A DNA stretch of 64,000 nt from the human T2T-CHM13v2.0 reference genome, Homo sapiens: assembly GCF_009914755.1 (NCBI RefSeq), contig NC_060947.1; one strand, 5' to 3'. The notes beneath the pieces are model-generated. The model was given only the letters and a program-made list of their open reading frames with translations, did no database searches and was not told where the DNA came from. The translations under genes were made by a program, and so were the position numbers. Positions 17,343 to 31,717 of the stretch are shown here, one piece after another. Every line of letters starts with the position of its first letter. Positions within the stretch are counted from its first letter, which is position 1.

Positions 17343-18819
17343 AGTTCTTTTTTAGAGAAGCCACCTGTGTGCCTTCTTCCTGGATGTCCTATGCTAGCCA
17401 GAAGGCCAAAGATCCCAACAGACTCTATAAAGGACCAATGTGCTTGTATTACCTATTGCCACACCACATTTCCTAATGCACACAATGATGTTAACTTGAT
17501 TCTCACCTTTTATGGGTTGCAGTCTGACGACATTCAGCAAGGGAGCTTCCTCTGAGCCGTTTGACCCAATTCGTAATGAGTTCAGTCAGTTTCAACTGCA
17601 CAGTTATACCTCCCTGGGCTTCCTCCCCCCACCCTAAAATGTGAACGTTCTTTTCTTGTGCTACATTACTAAGAAATGATTTAAGAAAAAAAAAAAAAGA
17701 GGGGGAGAAGGTCTCCTCCTGAAGAGAATTTTATTTGCACTCCTCATGCTTTGTCATAAAGGGCATTCAGCCGTGTTAATCATATAAGAAGTTTTAGCGA
17801 AGCTCTCTTTTTCACATTAGGCTTAAAACATCACCCCTGAGGTGGTGCTGATGGCGCCCTTAGAAAAGATTTCTTTGACATCTAAGACACAAAGGACTTC
17901 AGCAAACGCGTTCAGAGTTAAATGAGTGGTGCCTAAGTGCTGATTCTCCATCCCCAGTGACAAGCATTTACTAAGTAAAACTTTTGTTTCTGCAAATGTC
18001 TTACTTGGGTGTGTCTTAATCCCAAGTGTTGAGGAGGTTTTGTTTTATTGTCTGTGTGTGTGTGTTTTAAACATTTATTTTATCAGAAAGGATTTCCACA
18101 ATGGAAGCATTCATTGCCATCGCTGTGGCTGAGTCTTTAGGTTTAAGACTAGTTAAGCTGCCCCAGGTAGAAGTGTTTGCACAGCTACAGAAGTATAGAA
18201 TCGCAGCCCCGGAGTTGGAAGGGGCCCCCTTAAGCCCGTCCTTGCCTTCAGGCATTTGAGCCAGAGGAATAGTCACTCTTTTCTTTAAGATCTCCAAGGA
18301 CAAAAATTCCACATGCAGTTATTTTATTATAAACGTGTGAACTGTAAAACATATTTACAAGGTAATAATATTATCATCCATATTTAAATGATTTCCTTTT
18401 TAAAACATTTGCTTGCCCAATTTAAAAAAAATTAATGAACAGTAAAGTTCTTTGAAAAAAAAAATCCTTTCAAATCCTTTCAATAGAATTATTTCTCCTC
18501 TTTTTGAAGTACTTACTACAAGGGTCATTTCTCCCAGAAAATTCTACCAGAAATTGCTATGTTTCTTCTAAAAAGCGGGTTTGCTTTTATCTTGCGGATA
18601 CCCTGAATCAAGATACGCTTCCTTTTTTGCTGTGGTTGTTGGAAAGCCCACAGCCAAATTTGTGTCCCCTCCCTTCTAATCAATGCACAGGACCTCACCC
18701 CAGCTTCACCTGTTTGTCTTCCTTTATTTTTCCTTCATCTACATTTCTTCACTTAGTTGTGCTTTTTGGCTTTCCTGTTGTTTCTGGGCTTTCTGGTTTT
18801 CTGGTTTGTTTTGATGTTT

Positions 18820-19040
18820 GGAAGCAATATAGTGAGGCAAGAGCAGAGACTCTGGGGACTAATATACTTAACGCTTGGCTCCCAGCTCTACCCTTTCCTA
18901 TGTTAACCTTTCTTTTCCTCATCTGTAAAATGGAGAAAACAATAGTAGTCATGGGGTTGTTATGAGTGTTAAATGAGAAAATACAAGTGTAGTGCTAAGC
19001 CAACAGTAAGCACTCAAGATATGTTCATTATCAATATTAT
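18820..19040 (+). mobile_element. MIR
   Basis: ttttcctcatctgtaaaatggag...gttgttatgagtgttaaatgaga. Confidence 0.75.
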
Positions 19041-19227
19041 AACATTGCTGCCCTAAATCATTTCAGGAGCAAGAGGTGCAAAAGAGAATATAATTATTTA
19101 TTCTCCTATTTCAAATGTTCAATCTTATCTCCCCTCTTATTCTTCCTGTTGCATGAATTGTCTTTCAAGCAAATTATTTGCTGCTGTTTCTGCACTTTAA
19201 TGAAACTCCTTCTACTATGTTACAGGC

Positions 19228-19293
19228 TAGTGCTTCCTAAACTTACTCGAACTTAAGAATCAGCAGAAGCACTTACTAAAAATACAAATTTCT
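19228..19293 (+). mobile_element. MER5-like hAT-Charlie fragment (target of the Alu cluster)
   Basis: tagtgcttcctaaactt...agaatcagcagaagcacttactaaaaatacaaatttct resembles the MER5 5' end. Confidence 0.5.
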
Positions 19294-19413
19294 GTTGGGT
19301 GCAGTGACTCACGCCTGTAATCCCGGCACTGTGGGAGGCTGAGGTGGGAAGATTGCTTAAGGCCAGGAGTTGAGACCAGTCTGGACAACATGAGACCCTG
19401 TCTCTATTTTTTT
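19294..19413 (+). mobile_element. FLAM / Alu left monomer
   Basis: Monomer only, flanked by aaaaataca(a/g)atttct repeats. Confidence 0.85.
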
Positions 19414-19429
19414 AAAAATACAGATTTCT

Positions 19430-19717
19430 GGCCAGGCACAGTGGCTCACGCCTGTAATCCCAGCACTTTGGGAGGCCAAGGCGGGCGGATCACGAGGTCA
19501 AGAGATCAAGACCATCCTGGCTAACATGGTGAAACCCTGTCTCAAATAAAAATACAAAAAATTAGCCGGGCGTCGTGGCGGATGCCTGTAGTCCCAGCTA
19601 CATTGGGAGGCTGAGGCAGGAGAATGGCGTGAACTCGGGAGGCGGAGCTTGCAGTGAGTGGAGATCGCGCCACTCCAGGCTGGGCGACAGAGCAAGACTC
19701 TGTCTCAAAAAAAAAAA
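19430..19717 (+). mobile_element. AluY/Sc-type
   Basis: Diagnostic gaatggcgtgaac and ggagcttgcagtgag, many CpGs retained; TSD aaaaatacagatttct at 19414-19429 and 19718-19733. Confidence 0.93.
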
Positions 19718-19735
19718 AAAAATACAGATTTCTAG

Positions 19736-20033
<298 letters not shown>

Positions 20034-20828
20034 CAGATTTCTAGTCTTAAACACCTAAAATTATTTTATAAATGAATAGCTCTAGAATAGGTGTTTCTGG
20101 GACTAAAGTATTTTATACCACATTGTCTATGCTTTTCTCCAAGAATGTCATCACAGACAAATTTCCACACTTGATTTCTATGTAGTTAGTGTTTCTTTAT
20201 CATTTCAATTTTTGTTTCCTTGTTTTCCCTTCAGTAACTTTTTATGCTTTTTTTTTTTTTTTGGTTGTTCTGTTACCTGTTGTCCTGCCACTTGTGTGAG
20301 TCTGTCTTTTTCCAACTCCTGAGGCAATAGCAGGTCTTTTCCCACCCGTCACCCCAGCATTCCTTTGGGTAAAGTATTTAAGAGCTAAATTTGTTGGCCT
20401 GTTTGGGTCTATTGGGGACTGAAGGTATATCCACATTAAGAGAAACAGTTATTCTGTAACTGTTTCAACCACTTCTTCACAGAGAAAAACATCTGTGCCT
20501 TTTTAAATTTTTATTGGCCTGCTTGATGGCTCCACAACACAGTGAAGAAAGAGCCCCACCCACCACAAGGTTCTTCGTCCTGCTGGGGAAGCCACACAGA
20601 ATTGAGACCAAAAAGTACGGAAGGAAGGAAGGAAGGTAGAAAGGAAAGAAGGAAGGTTTTATCTGCCTTCCTTTGTTTTCTATGGATAAATGCCAAATCC
20701 CTCATACTTAAACTTTTTCCCCGTCCTTTACTTTGCCTCCCAGTTTTCTTTTGAATGAATGAGTAAATTGTTCAAATTTTCTCAGTAATCTCCCTCTGTA
20801 GCTCATTCCAGTGTTTAATTACTTTGAC

Positions 20829-21010
20829 AGAAGGAAGGGAGGAAGGGAGGGAAGAAGGAAGGAAAGGAAGGAAAGGAGGGAGGGAAGGAGAGTGGATGGA
20901 AAAGAAGGAAAGAAAGAAAAAGAAAAAGAGGAAAGAAAGAAAAAAGAGAGGGAGAAAAAGAAAGGAAGAAAGAAGAAAGAAAGAAAGAGACAGAGAGAGA
21001 AAGAAAAGAA
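20829..21010. repeat. GA-rich polypurine tract ((GGAA)n/(GAAA)n)
   Basis: ~180 nt almost purely A/G on the + strand. Confidence 0.95.
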
Positions 21011-21180
21011 AGGGGGGGAGGGGGGAGGGATAGCATTAGGAGATATAGCTAATGTTAAATGACGAGTTAATGGGTGCAGCACACCAATATGGCACATGTA
21101 TACATATGTAACAAACCTGCACATTGTGCACATGTACCCTAAAACTTAAAGTGTAATAATAATAATAAAATTTAAAAAAA
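21011..21180 (+). mobile_element. Heavily 5'-truncated L1PA 3' end
   Basis: ggggagggatagcattaggagatata...gacgagttaatgggtgcagcacacc...cctaaaacttaaagt plus A-rich tail. Confidence 0.92.
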
Positions 21181-21454
21181 GAAAAGAAAAGAGAGAGAAT
21201 CCTGCCTATTAAAATCCTACAATCTGCCCTGCTTTTATCTTAGGACTGTTCTGGCAGTTTCCCCTTGTTACACGTGTGTTGCTAGGATAGTACAAGTATT
21301 TTCAAGATGAATTTTCTGCCAAAAGTTCTTGCCACTGAGTCATCACCATCTTCATATTTTTAAAAAACATGAGCAAGTCTCAGCAGCACTTCATTCACAT
21401 TAGTAAACATTACCTAGGGAAAGAAAGAACAGGCCTCAAGAACATGACATCATC

Positions 21455-21910
21455 ATTAAAAAATAAATGTTTACTGAGTCCCTATTCAGTGTGTGGCCCT
21501 GTGTTAGCCCTAGAAATATAAAAATGTGCCTGCTTTTAGGCTCACATGCACACACATATACTCCCATGTGTTAAATCTAGAGAAGTGGTGCAGACTAGAA
21601 GGATTATCGGAATTCCAAGGAGGGAGCAATTCTGCTCCAAGGGCTGGGGTGGTCACAAAAGGTAGGGCTCCAGGCCCCAAAGAAAGGGTAGAGAGCTTGA
21701 GGGAATTAATGTGAACAAAGACCAGGAAATAGTAATGAAAATAGTTTGGGGGAAAATAATTAGTAGACCATTTGATGGGAGCAGACAGATTGTGTGGACT
21801 GGAAGATGACTAGGAGATAATAATGGAATGGTAGACCATAGTCTGCTTGTAGAGGGCCTTGAATTCTAGGCTAATTAGTGTAGTCTTAGCCTATAAGCAA
21901 TAAGGAGCAC
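21455..21910 (-). mobile_element. LINE-2 fragment
   Basis: aataaatgtttactgagtcccta...tgtgtggccctgtgtta; later gtagagggccttgaattctaggcta. Confidence 0.55.
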
Positions 21911-22181
21911 CACTCTCACAGATAAAAGAGAGCAGACCACTCCAGCTTCAGAGTACCTTCAATCAAAAGAAGCACGGACATTGATTACAAGAAGTTTTGT
22001 GAAATGTCTCAAGTGTGTATAACTATTTCCCATATTTGTAACTTTGTTATCTCCATGGTATCAGTGTTATTTGGGAGGACAGCAAGAAGAAGATAGCTGG
22101 CAAGATTACGTCCTACTGGAGATGAAAAGGACCCTAAGAAATGGTAAGTGGCAGTGGTTTTAAAGTAGAAAGATAGATATG

Positions 22182-22240
22182 AACAATCTCTGGGGCTCAC
22201 AGAAGGGAGAGAAAAACAATCTCTGGGGCTCACAGAAGGG
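22182..22240. repeat. Perfect 26-bp direct repeat with 7-bp spacer
   Basis: aacaatctctggggctcacagaaggg at 22182-22207 and 22215-22240. Confidence 0.95.
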
Positions 22241-23324
22241 CTTGTCATATGTTCACAGCATGCAGCTCCACACTGGCATATTGGGGGCCAGCGTAGGACT
22301 GCAAAATGCCTTTGAGGGCTTAACTGAAAGGAGTCTAGATAGTTCCTGCCAGCCCCTTAACCTGCTGAATTTCTCCAATAGCATATCTCATGCCAGTTTA
22401 AAGGAAGAGACTTAAATGGACATTGTTAACTGAATGCACCATTTTGTGAACTCCAGAGAGCCCTGAGAATATTCTGTAAATACCACCTTATTGAACTAAG
22501 TGGGATTGACTGGGTACCAGGTAACATTTAGTTGAGTTTGTTCAGTCTTCTAATTTGAAGTTGCTGCTTAGACGATAGTGGTTCCCCACCTCTGCACCCA
22601 AATTTGAGGCAAAAGTGAAAAAGCAAAAAAAAAAAATTTTCAGGCAAGAGTTGATTGTGATTGTGGCCTGTTAAAATAAACAGTTGATGTGGATAATCAG
22701 GAGCTACTTTCTGCTCTCCTCCAAATTAAAAAATGGCTTCAGTATTGGTGAATAAACAGTTGTCCATCCAGGATCAGTTGGAAAGGGCTTCTGCCTCCAT
22801 TGATCTTCTCTTCTAGCTGAGTTGTTCTCTTCCAGTCCTAAATTTACCCCTATCCTCCTTTGCAAGTAAAGGGGTTGTTAACATTTAGCTGATGGGGCAC
22901 AAAGTCATCAGAAAAGACCTTGTTGCCTCCTTTCATCAACTCTGCCCATTAGCCAAGCAAAAAAGAAACATTGGTTTCTTAATTGACTTTCATAATCCCT
23001 TTCATAATCATTTTGTACGTGGTACATACTAGGTACTCAATAATTATTTGCTGAACAAAAGAATGAATGAATGCTGGGCACTATCCTAGGTCCTGGACGT
23101 GCAGCAGTAAAGAAGAAATAAATAGACAAAATCCCTACCCCCATGGAGGTCAGATTCTAGTGACAGAAAAGAAGGAACCATAGGGTCCCAAGTCCTACTA
23201 GAAATAGCACTAAGCACATGATAGGTACTCAATAGATACGTAGGGAAATGGGAGACACTGTAATATAATAATGCATATAGTTTATGTTTCTCCTCAGTCT
23301 CACTGAAAAACATCATTATCCTCA

Positions 23325-23980
23325 AATAATTAAAAAATAGAATTATGAACCCAGGAGTTCAAGACCAGCCTGGGCAACATAGCAAGACCTCATCTCTACC
23401 AAAAATAAAAATAGAATTAACATATAATCTAGCCATTTCACTCATAGGTATATTCCCAAAAGAATTGAAAGCAGAAACTCGAACAGATAGATATGTCAGT
23501 ATTCATAGCAGCATTATCCACAGTAGCCAGGAGGTGGAAGCAACCCAAGTGTCCATCAACAGATGAATGGAGAAACAAAATATGGTATATACATACAATG
23601 AAATATTATCCAGCCTTAAAAAGGAAGGAAATTCTGATACATGATACAACATGGATGAACGTGGAGAACATTATGCTAAGTGAAATAAGCCAGTCACAAA
23701 AAGACAAATTCTATATGACTCTACTTATATGAGTTATCTAGAGTAGTCAAATTCATAGAGACAGAAAGTAGAATGGGGGTTGCCAGGGACTGTGGGGAGG
23801 GAGGAATGGGGAGTTACTGTGTAATGAGTATAGAGTTTCAGTTTTGCAAAATGAAACAGTTTTGGAGATTGGTTGCACAATAATATGAATATACTTATTA
23901 CTAAACCGTACACTTAGAAATGGTTGTGATGATAAATTTTATGTTATGTGTATTTTGCCACAATTAGAAAATTTTTAAAG
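23325..23980 (+). mobile_element. L1MB-type 3' end
   Basis: gaagcaacccaagtgtccatcaacagatgaatgg; attatgctaagtgaaataagccagtcacaaaaagacaaat. Confidence 0.88.
23346..23406 (+). mobile_element. 5'-truncated FLAM/Alu fragment inside the L1MB
   Basis: tgaacccaggagttcaagaccagcctgggcaacatagcaagacc; TSD aaaaatagaatta at 23333-23345 and 23407-23419. Confidence 0.85.
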
Positions 23981-25242
23981 CCACTTATTAAACATTCTTT
24001 TTTTCTGAGAATTGTACAAAGATTAACAAACACAAACCCTTTGCTGGAGTTTACATTGTAATACAGACCCTTCATGATGTGGCCAGGCATGTCAAGGCCA
24101 TACAGACAAGAGAAGACAAACATTCAGCCTAGATATGGAGAGGCAGCTGAATATTTACATTACCCAACAGAGCAAAGGTGAGTGCATTTTGGGATGGAGG
24201 GAGGGCAGGCTGTCCACACAGTGTGATTTGACTAAATACTATTGGTGATCCATTTCTCAAAAATATATCAACTCCATTGCTTGTCATATGTTCTGATATT
24301 TTAGCTCTTTCTTTTGACTCTTTAAGGATTAGGAACTTCCGCAATTCCTTATGAGTAGACAAAGAACCCAGAAAGGGACAAGATTGTTTTCTAGCTAACA
24401 GTTAGCCTCCCTTTTTTTTTATATTATGGGGGTCCAAGATGAGAGAGGAAGCAATGGGAGAAGAAAGAAGATGGATGGGCAACCAAGATCAACTTCCCCC
24501 TTTCACGCCCAAGTAGACGAGGCTGGGGAGACAACACATATTGATGTAGCAAGTCCACACTCACAGACTTAGAGGAGCTGTCTGCCCATCAAGTAATGGA
24601 GAGTCAAGGAAAACCATTTCCAAATATTAGTACTGACCAGCCTCCACAGGTAATGGTCTCCATTCCTGCTGCCAGAATTACGCTGCAGAGGCTGGGGTAG
24701 GGATAGGATGTTTCTCCCAACTTTACATTCTATGCATCTCTTAATAGAGACAGCAGGGTGAACCCCCTTTACCTTACCCCATCAGTACAGTCATACCTCA
24801 GTCCCTCAGGTGCCACCAACTGTGTGTGTGAGATTGTAGAGAGAAAGATCTTTGCATTCTCCATGAGGGTAAAGTTTGCTGGGCAGGATTCTTTAAATCA
24901 CATCACAAATGCCTTTTCATCTTAAAGGAACAAACTGTTTCTAAGGACTTTAGCACATTGTTTACGAGTCAGTGAATACTGCTAATAACAAATGGGTCTT
25001 ATCTATTCATGAAAGCAAGTCTCTGAGGATCTCTCTTGGGAACCACTGTGAGCAGTTAGTTTGAGTTATGGTACACATAGACTTCAACTAATAAAAGGGC
25101 ATGTTTTAAAACATTCCAGAATTCCAACCTGTCACTAATTCAGATTGCTCTGCCTGCCCCCACCCCCATTAGTCCAAATAGATGAGATTTTGCTGAGGCA
25201 GATTTTCAAGTAGTTTGCAAATGGTAAACACAAAGAGGGGAT

Positions 25243-25282
25243 CTCTTTCTCTCTCTGCCTCTCTTTCTCTCTCTCTCTCTCT
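25243..25282. repeat. (CT)n imperfect microsatellite
   Basis: Visible ct-dinucleotide run. Confidence 0.8.
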
Positions 25283-25558
25283 GAGACACATCACTTGACA
25301 TCTTACTATTAGGATCAATAGGTGACAATTTCTCTCGATTTATTATTTACCTTGGTTCTCACTACAAAGTTAGATTACAACAAGAATGGACGCTGACTTT
25401 CTTGCTTGGTGCTCAACGGCTTTGTTTTCCTTACACTGACTCTCTTTTGTCATCACGAAAGTCATTATTAGGCTAATGTAAAATTAAATTAGCTTACATT
25501 CAACAAGTACAGGAAGCACAAATACTCATCAGTGGGATGGCTTAGAAGGATCCTAGAA

Positions 25559-25675
25559 ACGAAATCAGTATCTCAAAGAGATATTAGCACACCCATGTTC
25601 ATGCAGCATTATACACAACAGTGAAAACGTGAAAACAACCTAAACATGCATTGAAGGATAAATGGATAAAGAAAA

Positions 25676-25736
<61 letters not shown>

Positions 25737-26265
25737 CACACAATGAAATATTATTCAGCCTTAAAAAAGGAGATCCTGCCATTTGCCATGGCATGGATGA
25801 ACCTGGAGGACATTATGTCAAGTGAAATAAGCCAGACACAGGAAGAAAAATACTGTATGATGGCATTTGTATGTGGAATCTAAAACAGTTGAACTCATGG
25901 AAGCAGAGAGTAGAACAATGATTGCCAGAGGTTGGGGGGTTGGGGAAATGGGGAGATGTTGTTCAAAGGGTACAAACCTTCAGTTATAAAATGAATAAGT
26001 TCTGGGGATCTAATGTACAGCGTGGTAACTATAGTTAATAATACACTGGATTGTTTACTTGAAATTTGGTAAAAGGGCAGATTTTAAGTGTCCTCACCCC
26101 ACCTCTCCACACAGAATGGCAATTACAGGTGGTGATGGATGTGTTAATTTAACTTCAGTAATCAGTACACAATGTAAATATATATCAAATCCTCATGTTG
26201 TACACCTTGAATACATACATTTTTTATTTGTCAATTAAGTTTTTTTCCAAAACTTTTTTTAAAAA
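25559..26265 (+). mobile_element. L1MA-type 3' end with an internal (CA)n
   Basis: L1 3'UTR motifs; TSD-like gaaggatcctagaa / gaagtatcctagaa; (CA)~22 at ~25679-25724. Confidence 0.85.
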
Positions 26266-27269
26266 GGAAGTATCCTAGAAGATGCTCTGGCCAGTCACTG
26301 TCTTGGAAACATCCCTTGGTTGCAATACCTGTTATGTGCTACTTTTGAATACTTTCCAAGATCATCAAGCTATAAGCCACATGGTAAAGAAAATATAGCT
26401 ATGATCTATTTGAGGGACATGTGGAAAGAGAATATTTAAATGATAATCTAGTTTTTCAAATCAGACAAAGAGCCCTTCAGCTGTAAAGGCCTGTAGAAGC
26501 CCATCACACCGAGGGTTCCAGTTTGTGTGGAATGGTTAGTTTCTAAGGAAGATATCAAGCTAGGTTCAGAAACTATAAAAGGTCTTTGGCTTCATAGATA
26601 GATAGATAGATTGATAGTTGCATTTGCTTTCTTCATCACAGGAATTGTGACTTGCTGTTGAGAAAACATTTTGAGAGACCCAGGAATAAAAATAGAAACA
26701 GAGATGCTGCTCTGGTTTTCATTCTCATCAATAGAAAGGGAATGTCAAGGCTGTGGTAATATGAACTTCCCTGGCTCGCAGTAGGTAAGAAATGCGACTG
26801 AGGGTCTGAGGCAGTTTGGTGCTAGGAGGAAGTTATTCTGAACTGGGCTTTGCAGCCCAAATACTTTCTCATCCCTCACCTCCCAGCATGCACCTCTTGA
26901 AATAAGCTTTCAAAGCTTATCAGGCAGTTTATAAAAACAAAGGGATTCCTCTTCCAAGAAGTTTCTGGTCTGAGATGACACAGGTAGTACAGAAATGTTC
27001 CGTTGTCAAGCAACCAAATATATGCATTAACTGAGGAATAGAAGAGCATCAGCATTTTAGCTTCAAAGGCAAATTCAATGAATTTGAGATGTACAATCTT
27101 ACAACTAAGACTTCAAAACTAATTTTCAAAGTACAAGTAGATCTAAGTCAGTAGAAGAGGGCTCAAATAAATGCAGAATCAAAGATGCTGTGGCCAAAAC
27201 AAGTGTGAGTGAATCTTAGGGAGGCACTTTTCTTATTGAAATGGTTCTTTTTATTTGTATAGTTGAAAT

Positions 27270-27535
27270 GGGCCACCTCCTTTATGAAGCCTTTCCTTTT
27301 CCTCACACTTTACCTGGCTACAGTGGGCTACTCCTATCTTTAGGTCTCACTATGCCCCGAACATACTCCATCATGTCACCTGTAACAATTGATTGTATCT
27401 TTTTGTTTTCATGTCTGTGTGCCCCACTAGACTTTAAGTACCTTGAGGACAGGGTTTTATTTATTTGTGTGTATGCACTCTAGCTCAATACCTGGTACAT
27501 AGTAGGTGTTCAATAAACTTTCTGGAATGGATGAT
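27270..27535 (+). mobile_element. LINE-2 3' fragment
   Basis: ccccactagactttaagtaccttgaggacaggg...cctggtacatagtaggtgttcaataaa. Confidence 0.75.
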
Positions 27536-28624
27536 ATCCCATGATTCCTTATGATAAAAAGAGCAACAGCTAAACAAATGTTTCTATTAGAGTTATGTCA
27601 AGCCAATTTAGGGCTCTGCAGACAAAAGAGAACTGTAAATTCCCAGCTCCTAAGTCAAAGGTTAAAGACTTGCCCCACCCTAGCCATAGCTCCTTGATAT
27701 GGCTCCTGATTAATAATCTGTTACATCCTCAAAAGGGGTCATTTTAAGGTAACCCAGTAGAGCTCCCATGACTTATTGACCTTATTATATCGCCAAAAAG
27801 GAGCTAACTTTTGGTCAAAGGATGGCAGAGTACTTTCCTGTGATTTGCATATTACCCAGAAACCTTTGGTTTCCTGGAATTCATAATAAAAATTCCAAAT
27901 CCCCAGCAATAACTTCCCAACCCACAATTCTTGCTAACACAGCAGAGTAACACTTGGATTCTATACCAGGCCTACTGACCTTTTGCTAATTGCAAAATAA
28001 ACAGGTCTCCAGTTTAGAGGGGCCTTCTCCTTTTATGGGCCCCCTGCAGTGTAGGCACTGCTTGAATGGTATTTATTTCTGCCATATTTGCTTTCCAGCA
28101 CTTGTCAGAGCAGGGGGCAGGTGTCTGGGAATAGAAGAAATAGGGATTGGAATAAGAGGAGAAAAGCAAGTGCCCCAACATCCTGAATGAAGTGCCCAGC
28201 TTATTCTTCAGAAGAAGCTGACGTCCTAGGAAGATGTGTGCAAATGAAATTTTATTTTAAAAAATTTTCAAGCATTTCTGAGACTTTACTCTTATGCCTA
28301 GCCCTGCCTCCACATAATTCACTGTCCAGTAGGGAAAACAGACACGTAAAAAGTGATAAGCACTGTTACAGACACAAAGGCTGGGGGAAGCCTAGGGGAT
28401 AGATAACTGTTCTCCATTGGCCAGTGCTAGTGATTGGCCCAGAAATATGGCAGGGAAAGACTGCAGTAGCACCATGAAGATGCTGCCACAGATCGTGGGG
28501 CTCCTTCTCAGTTTTGCACGTTTAGAAACTTAATTTTATGTGTTGCTGTAGGGCTAATTAGACTCCAAGGGGTTGACCCATGATAAATCAAAAAGATACA
28601 CATTAATATAAATGATAAACCAGG

Positions 28625-29140
<516 letters not shown>

Positions 29141-29804
29141 GCACCTACACTCACAGACCCTCATTGTTTTATACTGAAAAACAGAGCTATTGGCTACTTT
29201 GTGCATTCTTTCCCCAAGAAGGAAGATGATGGAAACTGAGTGAGATCCTGAAGATTGTTTGATGAGTGCCAAAATCAGAGCAAAGAGCTCAATAAATATC
29301 GTACATGAATGAATATTTTAGAGTCCTCAAACTATGCTAGCCTAGTGAATTAGACTCCTTCATCCCTTCACCATAGATCCCAGACATTAAGTTGACCAGT
29401 CAGGGTACTCTTTCCCCCTCAAAACCCCAATGGTTAAGTTGAACTCTGCGTTGCTGCTTTTTCTGGCCTTAAATACACATAATTGGGCCCTGCTTGAACC
29501 CTAGTCTGTGACTAGGATCTTAAATACTATCCTTACTCAGTTTTTGCCAGCTTTCTTCTGAAAGCTGGATCCTGTTCTCCCAAAATCCTACCCCATTGCC
29601 CTAGGGTGTTCCATCTACCAGACTGGTCCTCCTAGAACTGATGATACTCAGACTTATACCTGAGTTACCTAAGTCCTTTGGACCACTCCACTATCCTAAT
29701 TAAAGTTCATTAATATATTGATCTAACTAATCTTTACTGGGTACCTACGATGTTCCAAGCACTGTGCTAGGGGCTTGGGATATAGTTTAAAAACACTGAG
29801 GTTT

Positions 29805-30240
29805 ATCCATCAAGGTCTGGACAGGAAACAGATGGCACACTCAAAGTGAGTAATCTGGGGAGCATTTCATAAAGAGGCTATTTAGAAAAGTATGGGTAGA
29901 GTATAGGAACAAGAGATGGGGTCGCACCCTAGAGATAGTAACAGCAGGGAGCCATTACCCCTCTAGGCCTGAAGGGCCAAGAAGAGGGAACAGTATGAAA
30001 AGAGTGGCTTTATAAGAGCTGTGGTCTTCAGTAGAGGGACACAGCCACTGCCAATACTTGGCCCATCAAGAAAGAGCCTGGGGAATAAACAGTCCAACTT
30101 CATTCTCTTCCTACCTACCAATCTCCATTTGGTGCCAAACATAATCAGGGGTCAGAAAGCAACGGAGCCCATTATTGTAATCCATATAGGTCAGCCTGCA
30201 GTGGCACAGGGCAGGCTGAAGAGTGATTCTGAATATCCAG
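29805..30240. mobile_element. Ancient ERVL/MaLR-class solo LTR
   Basis: caggaaacagatggcacactcaaa...ataaagaggctattt resembles old ERVL-type LTR ends; subfamily not assigned. Confidence 0.5.
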
Positions 30241-31371
30241 TAACACTATGCAATGGGATGATTTACTTCCTAGCCCCAATCTGCCCCACTCATGATTCTT
30301 TCTACTTCCTCCCTCCTCCTTAACTCATACTGCCAAAGACTCAGCTTGTTATCATGCCACATGAGTCATCCCAGTCTTAAAATTAAGTGAGCTCCCCACA
30401 GATTCCGTGACTAATTACTCACAAAACCAGATTACAGACCTGAACTTCTAAATCTCAATCCAAAGTGTTTTCTTCTATAGTGCCTTATTATCTGTAAGAT
30501 GGTGGAATGCTAGTATGAGGATGATGATGATGATGATAGCTGTCATCTGTTGAATTCTTATGATTTGCCAGAAACTGTAGTAAGTGTTTTGCATATAATG
30601 CCTCACTCTGAGAATAGTGTGGCTTCCTTAAGTGTCTAATACTCAGGCAGGAAAAAACCTGATTTCCAGGGGACAAGTGAGAATAAAGACCAACTTCTTA
30701 ACTTTACAGATAGCAGAACATTTTTATGGGTCCCATTTCCATTCTGCCTCTGTCACCCTTGAATTGCCGTGTACCAGATGCAAAGAGGATGTAGTTAACA
30801 CATTCTAATAATGGGCTCTAGGAAGAGAGCTGCTTTTATGGAACGCTCTCCCGCTGCCACTTTGGCTTCTGTTGCAGAGGCTGCTGAGTGTGCTAAATGC
30901 TCTCCAAATGCCCAAGGGGCACTCTCAAGATTTGAACATGCAACCAGAGGAGCTTAATTATGGTTCCTGAGAACCAGAATGATTCCATTTATAGCCGTTA
31001 AGTCCTGAAAGGCAAGGTAGGTGTTTGGGGGAAAACTCAAACTTCTCCTAAGGGTCAAAGCAGTTTCATCAGTGATTTGATATATCCATCTAGCACAGCT
31101 CCCCACAAAAGTTACAGAATCTGGAAGGAACCCAGCATCTCTACTTGCCAGACCTTCCTTGGGGAGCTGAACATAAGCAGAATACGCACTCCCACACATA
31201 TGCAGAGCAGTTTACCTTTGTTCACCAAATGCGTACCCAACAGTATGTAATCTCCATTAGATTGGAGATTTTTGTCTGCTCCTCTCATCCCCAGTGCTGC
31301 ATTTCTGGTACCCAGGTGCTTGGTGTATAGTTGGTGCTCAATAAATACTTGTTAAATGAATAGATCAATGA

Positions 31372-31717
<346 letters not shown>

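Noticed and set aside
18504-18965. 153-aa hydrophobic ORF
   Set aside because: TTG start, T-rich low-complexity sequence running into a MIR; no family resemblance.
20811-21133. Lys/Arg/Glu-rich and Phe/Ser/Leu-rich ORFs
   Set aside because: Translations of the GA-rich simple repeat; the same applies to 43337-43659.
22182-22240. Repeat-spacer-repeat resembling a CRISPR unit
   Set aside because: Only two copies, 7-bp spacer, no cas genes, mammalian context.
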